Below, piece after piece: positions 55,881 through 64,000 of a DNA stretch of 64,000 nucleotides (position 1 is the stretch's first letter; each line of letters starts with the position of its first letter). The notes under the pieces are model-generated. The model saw only the letters and a program-made list of their open reading frames with translations, was not told the DNA's origin and did no database searches. The position numbers and the translations under genes were made by a program. The stretch covers positions 186,001-250,000 of the forward strand of contig NIVC01000471.1 of assembly GCA_002269645.1 (NCBI GenBank). Reading direction: 5' to 3'. The stretch is from Macrostomum lignano. Lineage: Eukaryota.

Positions 55881-56349
55881 AGAGGCAAGGGTGAAAAATG
55901 AGAGAACTGTGTCAATAAAGTGGCCCAGAACCAGTCACTGTATCAGCCCGGCCGGATCCTATTTCCCAAATAGTCAAAAATAGCTAAGAAAAAAGTTTCC
56001 TTTGAGCATTCGAGACTAAATTTCCTACCATGGACATTGTTGGGATGTGACTGTCTGTCTCCCTCCCTGCCTGCCTCCGCCTCTTGCTTGTTCAAATATT
56101 TGAACCTGCTTCCACACCCCCAGCCCCGTGTCTTGCAGAATCCTTCGGATTGCAAGCTGAGAGAGCCGGCTGCCTGAAGTATTAATTCTAACCCAAGCTA
56201 TTCAGCACGTTTTGTGGAAACCTGCAGCATTGTTTCCGTTTTTTATTAGCCATGATATCGCTATTTATAGACTGGTAAATAGAGAGCTGTATCGATTCAG
56301 TGGGAGATAAGGTTGTGCCTCCTTGAGATAACATTTCCCGACCTCAGAG

Positions 56350-56900
56350 GTTAAAACATCTCCCACCGAGATTAGAGGCTTACCGACTCGGCAGTGTTAG
56401 AGAATCTCCCCATGAGATTAGAGGCTCACCGACTCCGCAGAGATTAGAGAATCTCCCCGATGAGATCAGAGACTTACCGACTCCGCAGAGATTAGAGAAT
56501 CTCCCCATGAGATTAGAGGCTTACCGACTCCGCAGAGATTAGAGAATCTCCCCGATGAGATCAGAGACTTACCGACTCCGCAGAGATTAGAGAATCTCCC
56601 CATGAGATCAGAGACTTACCGACTCCGCAGAGATTAGAGAATCTCCCCGATGAGATCAGAGACTTACCGACTCCGCAGAGATTAGAGAATCTCCCCATGA
56701 GATTAGAGGCTTACCGACTCCGCAGAGATTAGAGAATCTCCCCATGAGATCAGAGGCTTACCGACTCCGCAGAGATCAGAGAATCTCCCCATGAGATTCA
56801 AGAGGCTTACCGACCCCGCAGAGATTAAAGAATCTCCGCCATGAGATCAGAGACTTACCGACCCCATAGAGATTCGAGAATCTCCCCCTGAGATTAGAAT
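56350..56900. repeat. 47/48-bp minisatellite
   Basis: GAGATTAGAGAATCTCCCCATGAGATTAGAGGCTTACCGACTCCGCA. Confidence 0.92.
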
Positions 56901-57347
56901 ACCCGATAGAATCTCCATAGACTTACAGTTTTTACGTCAAGCTTTGATGAACTAAAAGTGGCTTTCAGTGCACTGCTCAGCTGAACCGTACAAGTCATTC
57001 CTTGCGCAAAAGCAGCTGGCTCAGAAATGAAACAGTGGTGGCTCGCCTCCGTTGCCAAGCAAAATTACCAACTCAATTCAAAAATTTATTAACGGCTGTA
57101 ATTCAAATTCAGCTCCTGCTTGCTCACTTTCGTGTTACCGGATCCGCCATCGCGGAGGCCGCCAGAGTCGGGTCGTGGGGTTTTATTTGCGCTTCCGGAA
57201 TGCCGCGCTCGTAAAAGCTTGCAGTTCAATCAGTTTTATAGACTGGATTAGCATAATTAGCATTGAGATGGGGCTGAGAGTCTGCGAGCGCCTCAGCATT
57301 GCCTTCTTATTTATGACTGCCTGGCACCATCCGCTGCGACTGCTGAT

Positions 57348-57495
<148 letters not shown>

Positions 57496-57894
57496 TCTTT
57501 TCTATTAAATCTTATGACAAAAATGTATCTCTTTAAATCATTTTTAGCTTCTTTATTCTTTAATTTTCGGTAGTCCAGTTTGAGTAGAGAAACAGGATTT
57601 TAATGAGATCCATGAAATGCGTGACAAGCACGCTTCATTAGCCTCGACTTTCGACAGGTCGTCAGCCTCGTCAAAGAGCTGATTTCAAAATTTTTCTATC
57701 AGATTGTAAAATTCTGAACCTGTTTGCGCGTGAAGCTTTCTAGACGAGCTCGGCACAGCGGGAGTTGACGCCAGGGCATTCTTGAACATTTTTGAGCTGG
57801 TTCTGCCCTGCTGGGAGGGGCATCGTGGAATTGAAAAAAAGTAAGCTGGGCGTTTTATTCAAATTATTTTCGGAGTGTACACGTCAGACAAGAG

Positions 57895-59470
57895 TGTACA
57901 TATTAGATAGGATTGTACATGTTAGATAAGTGTATTTGTTAGATAGGAGTGTACATGTTAGATGGGAGTGTACATGTTAGATAAGAGTGTACATGTTAGA
58001 TCAAAGTGTACATGTTAAAGAGTGTACTTGTTAGACAGGAGTGTACATGTTAGATAGGAGTGTACATGTCAGATAGGAGTGTACATGTCAGATAGGAGTG
58101 TACATGTTAGATAGAAGTGTACATTGAGATAAGAGTGTACATGTTAGATAGGAGTGTTCATGTTAGATAAGAGTGCACATGTCAGATTGGACTGTACATG
58201 TTAGATAAAGTGTACATGTTAGATAGGAGTGTATATGTTAGATAGGAGTGTACATGTTAGATAGGAGTGTACATGTTAGATAGGAGTGTACATGTTAAAG
58301 AGTGTACTTGTTAGACAGGAGTGTACATGTTAGATAGGAGTGTACATATTAGATAGGAGTGTACATGTTAGATAGGAGTGTACATTGAGATAGGAGTGTA
58401 CATGTTAGATAGGAGTGTTCATGTTAGATAAGAGTGTTCATGTTAGATAAGAGTGTACATGTTAGATAAGAGTTTACATGTTAGATAGGAGTGTTCATGT
58501 TAGATAGGAGTGTACATGTTAGATAGGAGTGTACATTGAGATAGGAGTGTACATTGAGATAGGAGTGTACATGTTAGATAGGAGTGTTCATGTTAGATAA
58601 GAGTGCACATGTCAGATTGGACTGTACATGTTAGATAAAGTGTACATGTTAGATAGGAGTGTACATGTTAGATAGGAGTGTACATGTTAGATAGGAGTGT
58701 ACATGTTAGATAGGAGTGTACATGTTAAAGAGTGTACTTGTTAGACAGGAGTGTACATGTTAGATAGGAGTGTTCATGTTAGATAAGAGTGCAAATGTCA
58801 GATTGGACTGTACATGTTAGATAAAGTGTACATGTTAGATAGGAGTGTACATGTCAGATTGGACTGTACATGTTAGATAAAGTGTACATGTTAGATAAGA
58901 GTGTACATGTTAGATAGGAGTGTACATATTAGATAGGAGTGTACATGTGAGATAGGAGTGTACATTGAGATAGGAGTGTACATGTTAGATAGGAGTGTTC
59001 ATGTTAGATAAGAGTGTTCATGTTAGATAAGAGTGTACATGTTAGATAAGAGTTTACATGTTAGATAGGAGTGTTCATGCTAGATAGGAGTGTACATGTT
59101 AGATAGGAGTGTAAATGTTAGATAGGAGTGTACATTGAGATAGGAGTGTACATGTTAGATAGGAGTGTATATGTTAGATAGGAGTGTACATGTTAGATAG
59201 GAGTGTACATGTTAGATAGGAGTGTACATGTTAGATAGGAGTGTACATTGAGATAGGAGTGTAAATGTTAGATAGGAGTGTACATGTTAGATAAGAGTGT
59301 ACATGTTAGATAAGAGTGCACATGTCAGATTGGACTATACATGTTAGATAAAGTGTACATGATAGATAAGAGTGTGCATGTTAGATATGAGTGTATATGT
59401 TAGAGAGGAGTGTACATGTTAGATAGGAGTGTACATGTTGGACAAAAGTGTACATGTTAGAAACGATTTT
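57895..59470. repeat. 19-bp minisatellite
   Basis: TTAGATAGGAGTGTACATG. Confidence 0.95.
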
Positions 59471-59939
59471 GCATGTTAGACAGAATTTTTGACACATAAG
59501 AAACTCCTACGAAGGTTGTTTTTATATATATTTTTCTTAAGATGCAAATGCTATAATTTTTTAAAACGATGAGAAACCTCATGAGTCATTTTACAATGTC
59601 AAAAACATTGCAGTCGGATATTTTGCCCTGCCGTCCTGTATCGAGGCAAGTCTGTTGACTTTTAGACTCAAATCTGTGCCGAGAGTCGAGAAGGCGTCTC
59701 TGCAGCCAAGATTTTTTATTGCTGTTTCCTCATCTTTCAAGGCTAATTTTAGAATTTTGGAATAATATCCCATATCCTGTCAGGAACCAGCCCGTGGAGG
59801 AACGGGTCAGGACACGTGTAGGCGGCCACCACCAGATCCATATTTGGCCATCAGATCAAACCAGACCTAGATCGGCAGATCCTTGATGAGGCGATTCTAA
59901 ATATCCTATCGATTGCGCATTGCTGGCAAGGAGGTTCTG

Positions 59940-59964
59940 ATTGGCTGGCTGAATGCTCTATAAA
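59940..59964 (+). promoter_or_regulatory. CCAAT (ATTGG) and TATAAA upstream of the prohormone gene
   Basis: ATTGG 59940-44, TATAAA 59959-64, ~100 nt before ATG 60065. Confidence 0.55.
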
Positions 59965-60064
59965 TTATCCCAGTTCCCTCCTGCTGGGAGGAACCGCTGG
60001 ACTTCGAGTTGCTGCAACTTTTGAGGCTCTGAGCTGACTGCTGTTTAACTCTACCGCGTCCGGA

Positions 60065-61106
60065 ATGACAACTCTTGGAAAGTAAGCTGGCTTTTATTTT
60101 TTACTTTTTCACTTCGTTTTGCTCAGTTTCACCAGATTCTGCTAACCGATTTTTCACTCGGCTCTCATAAATGAGCGTTTTTGTTCGGACCTGTAGGCCC
60201 CATGACCAAGAGAAACTGTTTGCGGCATCGCTGCATTAGGGCAGCCATTCAAGAATGCCATTGCGCTGAGTTGCCATGCAGTTTCTGTGTGGTTGCTATG
60301 CGGTTTCCATGCAGTTGCTATGCTGTTGCTATGCGGTTTCCATGCAGTTGCTATGCAGTTGCTGTGCGGTTGCTGTACCGTTACTATTCAGTTGCTATTC
60401 AGTTGCTATTCTGTTGCTATGCGGTTTCCATGCAGTTGCTATGCTGTTGCTATGCGCTTTCCATGGGGTTGCTATGTAGTTGCTATGCTTTTCCCATGCC
60501 GATGCTATATGCCATTACCATGCAATTTCTACGCGGTTAATATACAGTTACTTTTCAGTTGTAATGCGGTTGCTATGCGGTTTCCATGCTATTTCAAACT
60601 TAATCTCGAACGCATCGGTTCGCCACTCTACCCTGCTCAGGCCGCAGACAGTCCGCCTGGCCGCTCCGCTGGCTCTGCTCCTGCTGTACACCATCTGCTT
60701 TTGCGCCAAACCAACGGCCGGTCTGCCAGCTTCCGCCAGCCTGATGGAGCGCCGAGCCAGCTACTGGCCGGGCATGTGGCAGTTCGACCGAAGCGACGGC
60801 GGCGGCTACGGGGAGCGCTACTACGACTACTACGGCGGGGCCAGGTACGCCAAGCGAGGCTACTACTGGCCGGGCATGTGGAACTTCGATCGCTACTACG
60901 ACGAGAGCTCGCCACTGGAGGGCAAGCGCGCCTACTACTGGCCTGGCATGTGGCGCTACCAGCAGCGCCGGCCGTCCAAGCGGTCCTACGGCTACGGCAA
61001 CGACCATCCGTACTGGCTGGGCAAAGCCTGCGGCGAGACTGGCGACCCCGCCGCCTGCAGCATCCTGAACGGCCTGCACAACAACTATTATTACTACTAT
61101 GATTGA
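60065..61106 (+). CDS. Neuropeptide/peptide prohormone precursor with 3 YWPGMW repeats; exons 60065-60081 and 60641-61106
   Basis: ATG ACA ACT CTT GGA AA|gtaagc...ctcag|G CCG (phase 2 matches); signal-peptide-like LAAPLALLLLYTICFCA; RR/KR sites flanking ASYWPGMW, GYYWPGMW, AYYWPGMW; ...YWL-GK amidation-like site; C-terminal Cys pair. Confidence 0.85.
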
Positions 61107-61580
61107 GCAGTTCTTGCTATCTTGGTTGGTTTCATCTTATAGACAAACCTTTTGGAGGCCGACAAGTTCTATGTATTGTATCGTGTGTCGTTTTCTCCGA
61201 ATGTCATCAACCCCACCAACACTAAACGGTTTTGTGCGTCTCTGAGCTTGGCGTTTCTATTTTAACGGCATGTTGCGGTAACAGCGAACTGTATCTGTAC
61301 TGTCCCTATGCTGTTGCTATGCCGTTGCTAGGCTTTTGCCACCTAGATACTATAATTAATGTATTTGTCTTAGAATATTTGCTTTTGTCACTTAGCTATT
61401 GCAGCCTGTAGTAGCAGCACATACTCATACAATTGCTATGCTGTTGCTGTGCAGTTGCTATGCAGTTGCTATGCAGTTTCTAGGCAGTTTCTAGGCAGTT
61501 GCTACGCAGTTGTTTTGCAGTTTCTGTGCAGTTGCTATGCATTTGCTATGCCGTTGCTATGCTATTGCTATGCTGTTGCT
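60270..61580. repeat. TGCTATGC-type arrays on both sides of prohormone exon 2 (60270-60590, 61310-61580)
   Basis: GTTGCTATGCGGTTTCCATGCA variants. Confidence 0.8.
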
Positions 61581-61929
61581 ATGCAGTCGATATATATCGT
61601 TTCTAGTCCATCTCAGCTGTTATTTTCCCATGTTTCTTTGAAGTCAGTGCGTTATTCCCCTGCAGGTATCGAAGCGATCAGGAAGATCAGGATTGATCAG
61701 TGATCAGGAGTGATCAGTGATCAGGAAAATTTGATCAGGACAGACTGTTTTGTTAATCCTTAATCCTAACATTCGCGCATATTATCCTATATCCCACCCT
61801 GCGAGACTGCACTACCCATGTAGACTCCTGTAATAACTGTTGGGTGTCTCATTATTCGGAAAGAAATATATACCACTCCATAAAATTCGAATTGTCAATA
61901 TCCATTCATTTATTTATTTATTATAAATT

Positions 61930-62866
61930 TAGAGTGAAGTGTCGGAGATATGAAGTGTCGGAGATGTGAAGTGTCGGAGATATGAAGTGTCGGAGATATG
62001 AAGTGTCGGAGATGTGAAGTATCGGAGATATGAAGTGTCGGAGATGTGAAGTGTCGGAGATGTGAAATGTCGGAGATATGAAGTGTCGGAGATGTGAAGT
62101 GTCGGAGATGTGAAATGTCGGAGATATGAAGTGTCGGAGATATGAAGTATCGGAGATATGAAGTGTCGGAGATGTGAAATGTCGGAGATATGAAGTGTCG
62201 GAGATGTGAAGTGTCGGAGATATGAAGTGTCGGAGATATGAAGTGTCGGAGATGTGAAGTATCGGAGATATGAAGTGTCGGAGATGTGAAGTGTCGGAGA
62301 TGTGAAATGTCGGAGATATGAAGTGTCGGAGATATGAAATGTCGGAGATATGAAGTGTCGGAGATATGAAGTATCGGAGATATGAAGTGTCGGAGATGTG
62401 AAATGTCGGAGATATGAAGTGTCGGAGATATGAAATGTCGGAGATATGAAGTGTCGGAGATATGAAGTATCGGAGATATGAAGTGTCGGAGATATGAAGT
62501 ATCGGAGATATGAAGTGTCGGAGATATGAAGTGTCGGAGATATGAAGTGTCGGAGATGTGAAGTGTCGGAGATATGAAGTGTCGGAGATATGAAGTGTCG
62601 GAGATGTGAAGTGTCGGAGATAAGAAGTGTCGGAGATATGAAGTGTCGGAGATATGAAGTGTCGGAGATATGAAGTGTCGGAGATATGAAGTATCGGAGA
62701 TATGAAGTGTCGGAGATGTGAAGTATCGGAGATATGAAGTGTCGGAGATGTGAAGTGTCGGAGATATGAAGTGTCGGAGATGTGAAGTATCGGAGATATG
62801 AAGTGTCGGAGATATGAAGTGTCGGAGATATGAAGTGTCGGAGATATGAAGTGTCGGAGATGTGAA
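61930..62866. repeat. 16-bp minisatellite
   Basis: GTGTCGGAGATATGAA. Confidence 0.96.
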
Positions 62867-63704
62867 GTCGCTTCTCACTTCATATCTTCGATGAGGATAG
62901 AAAAGATGAGACCCAGACTTCAAACCTCAGTATTTTCTCAGCAATTGTGCACTGGCTGTTATGTTTATTCTGTCGTCAAAAAATAAACATTCCACAAAAA
63001 TAAACCTAAAGACGCAGTTCAGAGTGAGAGACGCACGCAAACCTTGGTGTTGATAGTCAGTTGTCTATTTTTACTCATGTGGAGGCGGGGGACTGTACCC
63101 GATCGGTCGTGTACTGATGTTTTTACAGTCGGTCTGAGAATTTTTTGCCTCAAAACAAGCGCTTTTATAAGGCACCACCTGATGTCGTTTGAGACAGCAG
63201 AAAAACACAGGAAATTCGTTTCAGCTTCTATTCAAAACGATGTTGACGATTTGTTTTTGCACCTGCGACCCAGCACGGGATGAAAGGCAATTATTTTGGA
63301 GTAAAAAATACCCCGGCTATCTCTGGTCCAGAAAAGTCGCACAGAGGTTGCTCAGCAGCCCTGACTTTCTCTCAATGACATGACACACATGATCTTCATC
63401 ATCATGGATAGTCACGAACTCAGCGCTAAACGCCTACGACTGGAACAGTGAGAATCAGAACCCTTGAGCACGGAGGACAGCTGCTAAAACGACTCGAGTA
63501 CCTCTAATGGCAGATGTTTGCAGAAAGGATTATATGCTCCTCTGGAAAGCATTTCCTTACTAATTAAGTCTAGCTGTTTCGATTGAGAGTGCCAGATGGT
63601 ATTGCAGTGTTTTTGTATGTTTTTATAGCAGCCACTACGAGTATAAGCTGGCATGTAGTTGCATTGTGAATTTGACTGAATAATTTGGTTAACTTAATAC
63701 TTAG

Positions 63705-64000
63705 GAGCTACAGAGGGGTGACAGCTACAGAGGGGTGACAGCTACAGAGGGGTGACAGCTACAGAGGGGTGACAGCTACAGAGGGGTGACAGCTACAGAG
63801 GGGTGACAGCTACAGAGGGGTGACAGCTACAGAGGGGTGACAGCTACAGAGGGGTGACAGCTACAGAGGGGTGACAGCTACAGAGGGGTGACAGCTACAG
63901 AGGGGTGACAGCTACAGAGGGGTGACAGCTACAGAGGGGTGCCAGCTACAGAGGGGTGACAGCTACAGAGGGGTGACAGCTACAGAGGGGGCGACAGCTA
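63705..64000. repeat. 17-bp minisatellite running off the window
   Basis: GACAGCTACAGAGGGGT. Confidence 0.96.

Overview
Eukaryotic (metazoan) genomic DNA. GC-rich exons and minisatellite-stuffed introns suggest a macrostomid flatworm such as Macrostomum, but this is inference only. The backbone is the 3' ~1,500 codons of a type-I ferlin gene (dysferlin/myoferlin family, + strand, 18 exons, 2212-33721). It reassembles in frame with GT-AG junctions except for one missing base at 16889-16892. Two unusual nested genes sit in its introns. One is an intronless antisense J-domain + degenerate TatD fusion ORF split by a single in-frame TGA (27054-28805). The other is a member of a small, fast-evolving ~150-aa ORF family with a possible RelE/ParE-like fold (21819-22286), with a paralog at 48505-48957 and a remnant at 43385. 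Downstream is a nest of LTR elements: an intact Mag-type Ty3/gypsy and a 499-bp TRIM are both inserted into an older, decayed gypsy. After that come Penelope (GIY-YIG + hammerhead ribozyme) and Crypton remnants, an internally deleted duplicate of the ferlin 3' end, and a two-exon prohormone gene with three YWPGMW repeats (60065-61106). Most ORFs in the supplied track are translations of tandem repeats or antisense shadows.
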